Below are positions 41,271 to 49,919 of a stretch of 64,000 bases of DNA, piece after piece. The position numbers were made by a program, and so were the translations under genes. Under the pieces are notes generated by a model, which did no database searches, was not told where the DNA came from, and saw only the letters and a list, made by a program, of their open reading frames with translations. The stretch's first letter is position 1, and the number at the start of each line of letters is the position of its first letter. The stretch is from an uncultured Gemmatimonadales bacterium (GTDB lineage: Bacteria; Gemmatimonadota; Gemmatimonadetes; Longimicrobiales; RSA9): NCBI GenBank assembly GCA_963816355.1, contig CAWFKH010000003.1, positions 256,001 through 320,000 of the forward strand, written 5' to 3'.

Positions 41271-41310
41271 CGAGGCCTCCTCGCCCCCGTGGGGTGGCGA
41301 GGCCTCCTCG
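41252..41310. repeat. Tandem 27-nt palindromic units between convergent genes (REP/terminator-like)
   Basis: CCTCGCCCCCGTGGGGTAACGAGG followed by CCTCGCCCCCGTGGGGTGGCGAGG. The first copy contains the uvrA TAA stop. Confidence 0.65.
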
Positions 41311-41333
41311 TCAGGGCGCCGTGGCGGCGCGCT

Positions 41334-42410
41334 TCAGCCCCCGCTCGCCTGCAGCACTTCGCCGCCCGTCTCGTGCACGGAGATCACGGTGACGTCCCGA
41401 TGCACCTGCGTGTTCAGCCGCAGCACGCGAGCGCCGAGCTGTGGCATCCGGATCCACCATTTGCGCACGATCCACGCGCCGTTGCGCATGTGCTGAAAGG
41501 CGAGGTAGCCGCCCGCCTGGCTGTCCTTGATCGAGCCCCGGAAGGGGAGGTCCGTGTAGTGGAACACGAGCGAGCGCAGCTCACCCGTCGAGCGCTCGAT
41601 CCAGAGCACGCCGGCGACGTCCGGAGCGGCGTGTGTCACCGGCTCGAACGCGAGCCCGATGAGGCCCGCCGCCGGCGCGTCGTCGACCTGTACCTGGAAG
41701 CAGTGGGCGTCGAGGAACGCATCGCTCAGGAGGACGTCCGCGTCCGGCGCGAAGTAGTCGATGTAGTTGTCTTCCACCGTGCGGACGTAGCCGTTCTTTG
41801 CCAGGTCTTCGGCCGGAGCGCTCACGAACGGGCTGTGCGTGAAGAAGCCCTCTCTCACGTGCGTCTCCGCCCGCTCCGGTTCCATCCGGTCGGGGTCGAG
41901 CTGGACGTCGTAGGTGCGCAGGCGCAGCATCACGGCGCCGGCGTGCTCCGTGAAGGACGCGATGCGGAGCGCCTTACGCGCCTCGTCCCAGAGAAGCTGT
42001 GTCGCCTGCCCGTCGGCCGGTCGCATCTCGCACCGCTGCGCCCCCTTCACCGAGATGCCGCGCAGCGCGATCGGCTCGATCGCCGCCTCCATGCGGTAGG
42101 AGAGCGTGGCGCCGGCGTCCAGCCGCAGCGGCTCCGAGACCGTGCTCCGGTGTCCGATCTGGTCCGCGCGCAGCCGGTACGTGCCGGGCGCCGGCGCCAC
42201 CAGCACGAAGGCGCCGAGGCTGTCCGTCAGCACGCCGTCCGCGTCGCCGCCGGACGCGGTGACGAGCGTGACGAACGCGCCGTTGATCGGCGCGCCGGTG
42301 CCGCGCTCGACGAGCTTGCCGCGGATCGCCTGCGCCTGCAGCGCCGACCCGGTCAGCAGCGCGAGCAGCGTCGCCCCTGCCGCAACACCGGAGAGTCTCG
42401 TGCCAGCCAT
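41334..42410 (-). CDS. Secreted protein with carboxypeptidase-regulatory-like N-terminal domain
   Basis: Signal peptide ending ALQA-Q; G....G.PI.GA.V.L...TDS.G.F.L....G.Y.L....IG pattern. Confidence 0.8.
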   Translation of the reverse strand: MAGTRLSGVAAGATLLALLTGSALQAQAIRGKLVERGTGAPINGAFVTLVTASGGDADGVLTDSLGAFVLVAPAPGTYRLRADQIGHRSTVSEPLRLDAGATLSYRMEAAIEPIALRGISVKGAQRCEMRPADGQATQLLWDEARKALRIASFTEHAGAVMLRLRTYDVQLDPDRMEPERAETHVREGFFTHSPFVSAPAEDLAKNGYVRTVEDNYIDYFAPDADVLLSDAFLDAHCFQVQVDDAPAAGLIGLAFEPVTHAAPDVAGVLWIERSTGELRSLVFHYTDLPFRGSIKDSQAGGYLAFQHMRNGAWIVRKWWIRMPQLGARVLRLNTQVHRDVTVISVHETGGEVLQASGG

Positions 42411-42776
42411 CGGTGCCTCCGTGATCCTGTCGCGTCCCCTCTCGAATGGTTTCGCATTCGCGCCATCCGGGCAAGGCCCGGGTCGGCCGCCGTCGCCACC
42501 CGTCCGCCCCCTCGAGGGCGGATTTCTCCACGGGCCGGTCCCCGCGATCGGATCGCGGCCCGGAGCGCACCATTCGTCCCCGCCGGGCGCGGCCGCACCT
42601 CCTCCGCGGCGGGGCCGCCGCTTCGCCGGCGGCGCACGGCGGCCCCCGCCGGGAGCGCCGCCGCGCCCCGCGTGCGCCGGGGTCGGAGCGGGCATCGCCG
42701 CCGCCTTGCTGAAACCGCGCCCCGCGCGCTACCGTACGGGGTGGGACCACCCTCAAAGGATCCGGAGCGAGCGACG

Positions 42777-43187
42777 ATGATCACGCGAGAGGACCTCGAG
42801 AACTGGCTCATTCGGCTGGGCGCCGAAGTCGAGGACGTGGAGGAAGACCTCTGGCTCGTCCGTTCTCCCGAGCAGAGCAGCGTCCCCGTCGTCCTCAACT
42901 ACTCGCCGCCGCTTCTGCTGTTGCGCCTCAAGGTGATGGATCTGCCGGCGGACCTGGACGATGCCAGGCTTGCGCCCTTCTATCGCCACCTGCTCACGCT
43001 CAACGCGGGCGACATCGTGCACGGCAGCTACGGCATCGAGGGGAACGGGGTCGTCCTCTCGGACGCGCTCGAACTCGAAACCCTCGATTTCCACGAGCTG
43101 CGCAGCTCCTACGAGAGCCTGCTGCTGGCGGCATCGAGCCACATGTCGGGACTGGTCGAGCTCGTCCCGGTCGCACAGGAGACGTGA
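42777..43187 (+). CDS. CesT/YbjN-like chaperone-fold protein
   Basis: Small acidic protein with LL.LNA.D.VHGSYG.EG..VVLSDALELE.LD; directly upstream of pspA. Confidence 0.7.
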   Translation: MITREDLENWLIRLGAEVEDVEEDLWLVRSPEQSSVPVVLNYSPPLLLLRLKVMDLPADLDDARLAPFYRHLLTLNAGDIVHGSYGIEGNGVVLSDALELETLDFHELRSSYESLLLAASSHMSGLVELVPVAQET

Positions 43188-43191
43188 CGTC

Positions 43192-44046
43192 ATGGGCATC
43201 CTGCAACGGCTGTCGCTGCTTCTTCGCTCGAATCTGAACGACGCGATCTCGCGCGGCGAGAACCCGGAGAAGGTTCTCAACCAGGTCCTGATCGACATGC
43301 GCGAGCAGCTCGCGCGCGCGAAGCAGGAAGTCGCCGTGGCGATCGCCGACGAGCGCAAGCTGAAGGCGCAGGTCGAGACGGAGCGCAAGCAGGCGGACGA
43401 ATGGGAGAACCGCGCCGTGCTCGCGGTGCGCGAGAATCGGGACGACCTGGCGAAGCAGGCGTTGCTCCGGCACCAGGAGCACGCCGAGCGCGCGGTCAGC
43501 CTCGAGGAGACGTGGGGCCGGCAGTCGGGCGAGACCGAGAAGCTGAAGGACGGGCTCCGCCAGCTCAACGACAAGATCGAGGAGGCGAAGCGGAAGAAGA
43601 ACCTTCTGATCGCCAAGCAGAAGCGGGCCTCCGCGCAGAAGCGGATCCACGAAACGATGGCCGGCCTCAACGACCGCTCCGCGTTCGACGCCTTCGAGCG
43701 CATGGCGGAGCGGATCGAGGAGTCGGAGCGGCGCGCCCTGGCCGCGGCCGAGGTGAGCGAGAGCCTCACCGGCGACAAGCTCGAGGAGGAGTTCGCCAGG
43801 CTGAAGGGAAGCCCGGACAGCGTCGAGCTGCGGCTCCAGGCGCTGAAGGAGAGCCTCGGCATCGGCCCCTCCCGCCCGACCGGCGCGCTGCCGAGCGGCC
43901 GCGGCGCCAGCTCGGAGGAAGAGGCCGTCCGCTCCGCCGCATCCAGGGCGGGAGCCGCCGCCGGCGAGCTCGCTTCCGGTGACGGCGCGCGCGTCGAGGA
44001 CGAGGACGGGGAGGTCCAGGAGGCGGAAGTGGAGGAGGAGCACTGA
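43192..44046 (+). CDS. pspA: PspA/IM30 family protein
   Basis: MGIL.RL..L..SN.ND.I...ENPEK.L.Q...DM, coiled coil, AFERM.ERI; acidic C-terminal tail. Confidence 0.92.
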   Translation: MGILQRLSLLLRSNLNDAISRGENPEKVLNQVLIDMREQLARAKQEVAVAIADERKLKAQVETERKQADEWENRAVLAVRENRDDLAKQALLRHQEHAERAVSLEETWGRQSGETEKLKDGLRQLNDKIEEAKRKKNLLIAKQKRASAQKRIHETMAGLNDRSAFDAFERMAERIEESERRALAAAEVSESLTGDKLEEEFARLKGSPDSVELRLQALKESLGIGPSRPTGALPSGRGASSEEEAVRSAASRAGAAAGELASGDGARVEDEDGEVQEAEVEEEH

Positions 44047-45209
44047 CCGACTCCAGGGCACGCCGGACTTCCGGCGTCGTCGCGGCGACGGTCATCGCGC
44101 TGCTGCTTCTCTACTTCCTCTACAGCATCGCGGAGATCCTGCTCCTCGCCTTCATCGGCATCCTCTTCGCGATCTTCCTGGGCGCCGTCACGGACTCGTT
44201 GCAGCGGCGCTTCGCCGTGCCGCGCGGCCTCGGCCTCACCATCGCGCTGCTGGTCACGCTCCTCGCCGCGGTCGGCGTCGGCTTCCTCATCGTGCCGCCG
44301 GTCGCGCAGCAGACGCAGGAGCTGCTGCAGGCGCTCCCGGCCCAGCTCGCGACGTGGGAGCAGCAGCTCCTGACGCTCGCGGATCGCTCGCCGGTCGCGC
44401 GCGAGATGCTCGCCCCGCTCAAGACGGGCGAGAGCTACGTCGGCTCGATCATGGGCGAGATCGCCAGCTACTTCCGCGGCTGGATCCCCTACATCTTCAA
44501 CGGCTTCGGCTTCATCATCCACGCTTTCAGCGTGTTCGTCATGGGGATCTACCTCGCGGCGCGGCCCGGCATCTACCGCGAGGGGTTCATCGCGATGGCA
44601 CCGCCGGTCCACCGCGAGCTGGTGCGCGACATCCTGGACGACCTCGGCCACACGCTGCGCTCGTGGATCGTCGGCCAGATCCTCGCCATGGTCATCCTCG
44701 GCGCCTTCACATTCATCGGCCTCATCGTGCTCCGCGTCCCGTACGCGCTCGCCTTCGGCGTCTTCACCGGCATCGCCGCGATCGTGCCGTTCTTCGGCAC
44801 GCTCGTCTCGACGTTGCTGCCGGCGATCTTCGTGCTCGGCCAGGGCGGCCTCGGCAAGGCGCTGCTGGTGATCCTGCTCGGCGTCGTCGTGCACCTCTTC
44901 GAGGGAAACTTCGTCGCACCGATGATCATGGAGCGACAGGTCCATCTGCCGCCGGTCCTGACCCTGCTCAGCGTGCTGGTCATGGCGCACCTGCTCGACG
45001 TCATCGGGCTCCTCGTCGCGGTCCCGGTGCTCGCCGTCGTCATGGTCGTCGGGCGCCGGCTCTACATCGACCGGGTCCTCGAGGGCCGCGGCTTCCGGCG
45101 CGCGGTCCGCGACCAGCCGATCGAGCTGCACCTCGGGTCCCACGAGGAAGGGGTCCTCGTCCACCCGTCCGGCCTCGAACAGAGCATCCCGGCGCTGCTC
45201 GAACAGTAG
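44043..45209 (+). CDS. AI-2E family transporter
   Basis: Multi-TM protein with VPFFG, EGN.VAPMIM...V.LPP, GLLVAVP. The reading frame with its first TM helices is open from CTG 44043, and the first TTG is at 44199. Confidence 0.88.
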   Translation: MTDSRARRTSGVVAATVIALLLLYFLYSIAEILLLAFIGILFAIFLGAVTDSLQRRFAVPRGLGLTIALLVTLLAAVGVGFLIVPPVAQQTQELLQALPAQLATWEQQLLTLADRSPVAREMLAPLKTGESYVGSIMGEIASYFRGWIPYIFNGFGFIIHAFSVFVMGIYLAARPGIYREGFIAMAPPVHRELVRDILDDLGHTLRSWIVGQILAMVILGAFTFIGLIVLRVPYALAFGVFTGIAAIVPFFGTLVSTLLPAIFVLGQGGLGKALLVILLGVVVHLFEGNFVAPMIMERQVHLPPVLTLLSVLVMAHLLDVIGLLVAVPVLAVVMVVGRRLYIDRVLEGRGFRRAVRDQPIELHLGSHEEGVLVHPSGLEQSIPALLEQ

Positions 45210-45245
45210 CACGCTGGCGCTGTGGACGCGCGCGTCGGCCGGGTC

Positions 45246-48200
45246 CTAGCGCCGCCCCTCCTCGCGCTCCAGCTCGCCCAGCACGCGCTCGACCCCCTCC
45301 TCCAGCTCGCTCGCCCGCTTCACCATCCACGGCGTCGGTGGATACAGGCTGCCCGCCTGCACCGCCGCGCCGTTCACTCCCGTGTAGAGCGAGACGATCT
45401 CGCCGCTCAGCCCGCGGAAGCGGGAGCCGACGCCGAGCCGGTCCTCGAGCACCGTCACGGAGTCCAGCCGCGTCGTGATGGCGGCGGGCGGCGCGCCTCC
45501 CGTGGCGAGGGAGTCGCGCAGCGCGGTAAGCTTCGCGCGCAGCGCCGCCGTGCGCACGCTCGCGTCCACCACCCGCTTCATCAGGTCGAGCAGACCCACG
45601 CTCCAGCGCTCGCGGGCGGCGTAGTCCTCCTGGGTGAGCATCGGCATCAGCGGATCGGGACGCACTACCACGCTCTGCGTGGAGCGGACGCCGCTCGCTT
45701 CCAGCGTGACCTGATAGCGGCCGGGCGAGACGAACGGCCCGCGCAGCCCGAGCGGGTGCGCGGGAGCGGGCAGCGCCTGCGAGCGCGGCTCGGGCGGCTG
45801 CTCGATCGGCACGCCGCGACGCAGGTCCCACGCGACGCGGTGGATCACGCCCGCGTCCCCCGCCACCTTCATCGTGCGGACGACGTCGCCCCGCGCGTCG
45901 CGCACCGTGATCCGCGCGCCCGGCGCCGCCTCGCCCAGGTAGTACGTGAGCAGCGCGCCGAACGCGGGGTTCTCGCCCGCGTACGCCGCCTGGCCCTGGT
46001 AGGACGTGTTCTTCCAGTAGTTGAAGATCGTCGCCGGCCGGATCGAGAAGAGGTGCGCCCTCTCCGTCGCGACGTCCGGCGACCACTCGGCGAGCGGCGA
46101 TGCGTCGTCCAGGATGAAGACCGATCGGCCGTGCGTCGCCACGACGAGGTCGCCGCTGCGCGGCTCGATCAGCAGGTCCTCGTAGATCGTCGGCGGCAGG
46201 TTCGCGCCGAAGCGCCGCCAGTGCGCAGCCGTGTCGGCGGACACGTAGAGCGCGCGCTCCGTGCCCGCGAAGAGCAGCCCCGGCGCGTCGGGGTCCTCGA
46301 CCACGTCGTTGACGGTGCCGTCCTCCGCCAGTCCACGCACGCGCGGCGTCCACGTGCGGCCGAAATCGGTGGTGCGGAAGAGGTACGGGTGGAAGTCGCC
46401 GTGCCTGTGCCCGTCGACCGCGACCCACGCCGCGCCGGGCGCCGTCGCCGAGGCCGTGATGCGGGCGATGTAGGTGGAGACGCCGCCGGCGATCGCCGCG
46501 CGCGGCAGGTTGCGCGAGACCTCGCTCCACGTCGCGCCGCCGTCGCGCGACACCTGGACGTTGCCGTCGTCCGTGCCCACCCACAGCACGCCGCGTCGCA
46601 CCGGCGACTGCGCGATCGTCGTGATCTCGCCGTAGCTCTCCGTGCCGTCGTTCTTCGACAGCATCGGGGCGGAGCCGCGCACGCCCATGAGGGAGAGCGT
46701 GTCGCGGTCGATCCGCTGGGTCAGGTCCGGCGTCCGCGACCACGTCAGGCCGCGGTCGTGCGAGGTGAAGAGGCGGTTGCCGCCCACGTAGACCGTCTTC
46801 GGATCGAAGCGGTCGACCAGGCTGGGCGAGTCCCAGTCCCACCGATAGCCGGGCTCCCCCGCGGGCGCGCGCGGCGCGATGTCGAGGATGTCGCCGGTCG
46901 TCGCGTCGACCCGCGTGTAGCCGCCGTCCTGCGAGTTGCTGTAGACGTAGCGCGGCGACGTCGGGTCCGGCGACTGGTACATGCCGTCGCCGAAGCCGAT
47001 CTCCTTCCAGTCCTCGTTGAGGATGCCGGACCAGCGCCGCGTCGCGCTCGGCCCCATCCAGGAGTGGTTGTCCTGCAGGCCGACGTACACGTTGTACGGA
47101 TCCTCGCCGTCCGTGCCGACGCTGTAGATCTGGCCGATCGCGAAGTTGTTGATCTTGCGCCAGGTGCGGCCGCGGTCCCTGCTCTCGTACAGCCCGCCGT
47201 CGCCGCCCAGATACAGGTGGTCCGCGGCCGCCGGATCGATCCACAGCGCGTGGTGGTCCGAGTGCACCCCGACGTCGTACGTCGGCGCCGTCGGCAGCGT
47301 GCGGAACGTGCGGCCGCCGTCGTCGCTGACGTACGCGTCCGTCGACAGCAGATAGACACGGTGCGCGTCCGTGGGGTCGATCCAGATGCCGCCGTAGTAC
47401 GACGGTCGTGGATTCGTCCGGCTCACCCGCGTCCAGCTCGCGCCGCCGTCCTCGCTGCGGTAGACGCCGCCCTCGCTCGCGTGCTCGACGCGCGCGACGA
47501 CCACGCCCGGCCGCTGCGCCGAGATCGCGAGGCCGATGCGGCCCAGCGGCCCGGCGGGCAGGCCGTTCGTCAGCCGCGTCCAGTGCTCGCCGCCGTCCGT
47601 CGTCTTCCAGATGCCGCCGCCCGGCCCGCCGCCGTTGAATCCCCACGCCCGCCGCAGCCGCTGGTACGTGGCGGCGTACACCGTGCGCCCGTCCGTCGGG
47701 TCGACCACCACGTCCGTGGCGCCGGTGAGCGTGTCGACGTAGAGCACCTTCCGCCACGTACGCCCGCCGTCCGTCGTGCGATACACGCCGCGCTCCGGCG
47801 AGGGAGCCCACAGGTCGCCCTGCGCCGCGACGTAGGCGACGTCCGGATCCGCCGGATCGACGCCGATCCGCCCGATGTGATGCGTCGCCTCCAGACCCAG
47901 GAAGCGCCACGTATCGCCGCCATCCGTGGAGCGGTAGACGCCCGCGCCCCACGACGTGCTCTGCCGGTTGTTCTGCTCCCCCGTCCCCGCCCACACGACG
48001 CGCGGGTCCGACGGCGCGAGCGCGACGTCGCCGAACACGCCGACCGCGGCGCGGTCGAGGACCGGCGCCCACGTCGTGCCGCCGTTCGTCGTGCGCCACA
48101 GCCCGCCCGTCGCCGCCGCCACGTAGACGGTCGCCGGGTGAGCCGGCACCGCCTCGATGTCGTCGATGCGCCCGCCCGTCACCGCCGGCCCGATCGAGCG

Positions 48201-48437
48201 GAAGCGCAGCTCACCGAAGAGCGGCGGCACCTCGCCGGCGTCCGCCGCCGCGGGCCCGATGCGCCCGCCTCCACCCGCCCCCGCCTCGCCCCCGCCCTGC
48301 GCCGCGGCCGCACCGCCGCCGCCCACGAAGAGCGCTCCGGCGCACGCGAGGACGCGCACCGCGCCCCGCCCCCGCGGCCGGACCGGAGCCGGCGCGCGGA
48401 GGCGCCTCGAGCCGTACGACGGCAGCCAGCGTAGCAT
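45246..48437 (-). CDS. Large secreted BNR/VPS10 beta-propeller glycosyl hydrolase-like protein
   Basis: FR.IGP...GGRI.DI and many S.DGG.TW Asp-box repeats; C-terminal FlgD-like Ig domain and coiled tail. Confidence 0.88.
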   Translation of the reverse strand: MLRWLPSYGSRRLRAPAPVRPRGRGAVRVLACAGALFVGGGGAAAAQGGGEAGAGGGGRIGPAAADAGEVPPLFGELRFRSIGPAVTGGRIDDIEAVPAHPATVYVAAATGGLWRTTNGGTTWAPVLDRAAVGVFGDVALAPSDPRVVWAGTGEQNNRQSTSWGAGVYRSTDGGDTWRFLGLEATHHIGRIGVDPADPDVAYVAAQGDLWAPSPERGVYRTTDGGRTWRKVLYVDTLTGATDVVVDPTDGRTVYAATYQRLRRAWGFNGGGPGGGIWKTTDGGEHWTRLTNGLPAGPLGRIGLAISAQRPGVVVARVEHASEGGVYRSEDGGASWTRVSRTNPRPSYYGGIWIDPTDAHRVYLLSTDAYVSDDGGRTFRTLPTAPTYDVGVHSDHHALWIDPAAADHLYLGGDGGLYESRDRGRTWRKINNFAIGQIYSVGTDGEDPYNVYVGLQDNHSWMGPSATRRWSGILNEDWKEIGFGDGMYQSPDPTSPRYVYSNSQDGGYTRVDATTGDILDIAPRAPAGEPGYRWDWDSPSLVDRFDPKTVYVGGNRLFTSHDRGLTWSRTPDLTQRIDRDTLSLMGVRGSAPMLSKNDGTESYGEITTIAQSPVRRGVLWVGTDDGNVQVSRDGGATWSEVSRNLPRAAIAGGVSTYIARITASATAPGAAWVAVDGHRHGDFHPYLFRTTDFGRTWTPRVRGLAEDGTVNDVVEDPDAPGLLFAGTERALYVSADTAAHWRRFGANLPPTIYEDLLIEPRSGDLVVATHGRSVFILDDASPLAEWSPDVATERAHLFSIRPATIFNYWKNTSYQGQAAYAGENPAFGALLTYYLGEAAPGARITVRDARGDVVRTMKVAGDAGVIHRVAWDLRRGVPIEQPPEPRSQALPAPAHPLGLRGPFVSPGRYQVTLEASGVRSTQSVVVRPDPLMPMLTQEDYAARERWSVGLLDLMKRVVDASVRTAALRAKLTALRDSLATGGAPPAAITTRLDSVTVLEDRLGVGSRFRGLSGEIVSLYTGVNGAAVQAGSLYPPTPWMVKRASELEEGVERVLGELEREEGRR

Positions 48438-48477
48438 CGCATTCTCCCCTATCGGTCGTCCCACCCTGTGCACGGCC

Positions 48478-49851
48478 TCAACCACCTCCGCCCTCGTCCT
48501 CCCCATAGAGCAGATACTCCCGCGCCCCGTTCCAGAATTCCTCCCGAGCCGCCCGCCACCCCGCCGTGATCTCGCCCACGTCCGCTCCCGCCATCACGCG
48601 TTCCCGCAGCCGCGCCGTCCCCGCGAGGCGGTCGAAGGCGACCGCCGAGATCCGGAAGCGACGCGGGTAGAGCCGGTGCAGCTCGACCAGCGCGGCAACC
48701 GCCGCGACCGTCGGGTCGTAGGCGTCGCGCGACGTCGCGCGGAAGCGCACGCCGTGGACGGTCGTGTCCGCGTACTTCCCGTCGCCCGGCCGCGCCGGCG
48801 TGAACGTGGCCGGCTCGAAGCGCACGCCCGGCAGCGCGCGCGCGTTCAGGCGGCGGGCGAGCTCGGCGCCGTCGATCCACGGCGCGCCGATCTGCTGGAA
48901 CGCGATCGGCGTCCCGCGCCCCACGGACAGGTTGGTGCCCTCGAAGAGGCAGGTGCCGGGGTAGTGCGTCGCGCTCTCGAGCGACGGCATGTTCGGCGAC
49001 GGCGCCACCCACGCGAGACCGGTCTCGTCGTACCACATCGCGCGCCGCCAGCCCAGCATCGGCACCACCGTCAGCCGCGCCCCGATCCGGTGCTCCGCGT
49101 TCAGCGCGCGCGCCAGCTCCCCCGCCGTCAGGCCGTGCCGCATCGGTACCGCGTACAGCCCGACGAACGACGCGTACGCGGTGTCGAGCACGTTCCCCTG
49201 CACGTGCGTGCCCGTGATCGGGTTCGGCCGGTCGAGCACGACGAAGCGGACGTCGTCCGCCGCCGCCGCGCGGAGCGCCTCCATCATCGTCCAAACGTAC
49301 GTGTAGTAGCGCGCGCCGACGTCCTGGATGTCGAAGACGAGCGCGTCGAGCCCCGCCAGCATCTCCGGCGTCGGCTTCTTCGTCGCGCCGTAGAGCGAGT
49401 GGATCGGCAGCCCCGTCCTCGCGTCCCGCCCGCTCTCCACGTTCGCGCCCGCCTCCGCCGCGCCGCGGATGCCGTGCTCCGGGCTGAAGAGCGCGACGAG
49501 GCGGACCGCCGGCAGCGAGTCGAGCGCGTCGATGCTGCTCCGCCCGTCGCCGGTGCGGCCCGTCTGGTTCGTGATCAGGCCGACGCGCAGACCCGCGAGC
49601 GGGCCGCCGCCTTCCTCCAGGACGACGTCGATCCCCGTCAAAACGCCTCCCGATCGCGCCGCGTCGCGACCGCTCACGCGCTCCGCCGCCGGATCCGCGC
49701 CCGCTCCCGCACGCCCCCCCCGCGCGACTCCGCCCCCGTCGCCGCTGCGCGCGCACGCCGCGAGCGCCAGCGCGAGCGCCCCGGCTCGCGCCGCCGCCCG
49801 CGCCACCGCTGTCGATTGCGCCCTCCCGGAGCCGCGGATAGCTTTCCTCAT
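48478..49851 (-). CDS. namZ: Exo-beta-N-acetylmuramidase NamZ (DUF1343), lipoprotein
   Basis: GLITNQTG, LFSPEHG, FDIQDVGARYYTY, LDRPNP, RHGLT.GELA, PSPNMP, EGTNLSVGRGT. Confidence 0.9.
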   Translation of the reverse strand: MRKAIRGSGRAQSTAVARAAARAGALALALAACARSGDGGGVARGGRAGAGADPAAERVSGRDAARSGGVLTGIDVVLEEGGGPLAGLRVGLITNQTGRTGDGRSSIDALDSLPAVRLVALFSPEHGIRGAAEAGANVESGRDARTGLPIHSLYGATKKPTPEMLAGLDALVFDIQDVGARYYTYVWTMMEALRAAAADDVRFVVLDRPNPITGTHVQGNVLDTAYASFVGLYAVPMRHGLTAGELARALNAEHRIGARLTVVPMLGWRRAMWYDETGLAWVAPSPNMPSLESATHYPGTCLFEGTNLSVGRGTPIAFQQIGAPWIDGAELARRLNARALPGVRFEPATFTPARPGDGKYADTTVHGVRFRATSRDAYDPTVAAVAALVELHRLYPRRFRISAVAFDRLAGTARLRERVMAGADVGEITAGWRAAREEFWNGAREYLLYGEDEGGGG

Positions 49852-49919
49852 TCGTACGCCGCCGAGTCGGTCCCGCCATCGAGCGCCGCCGCCCGCGCCG
49901 GCGCTCCCCGGGTGATCCT

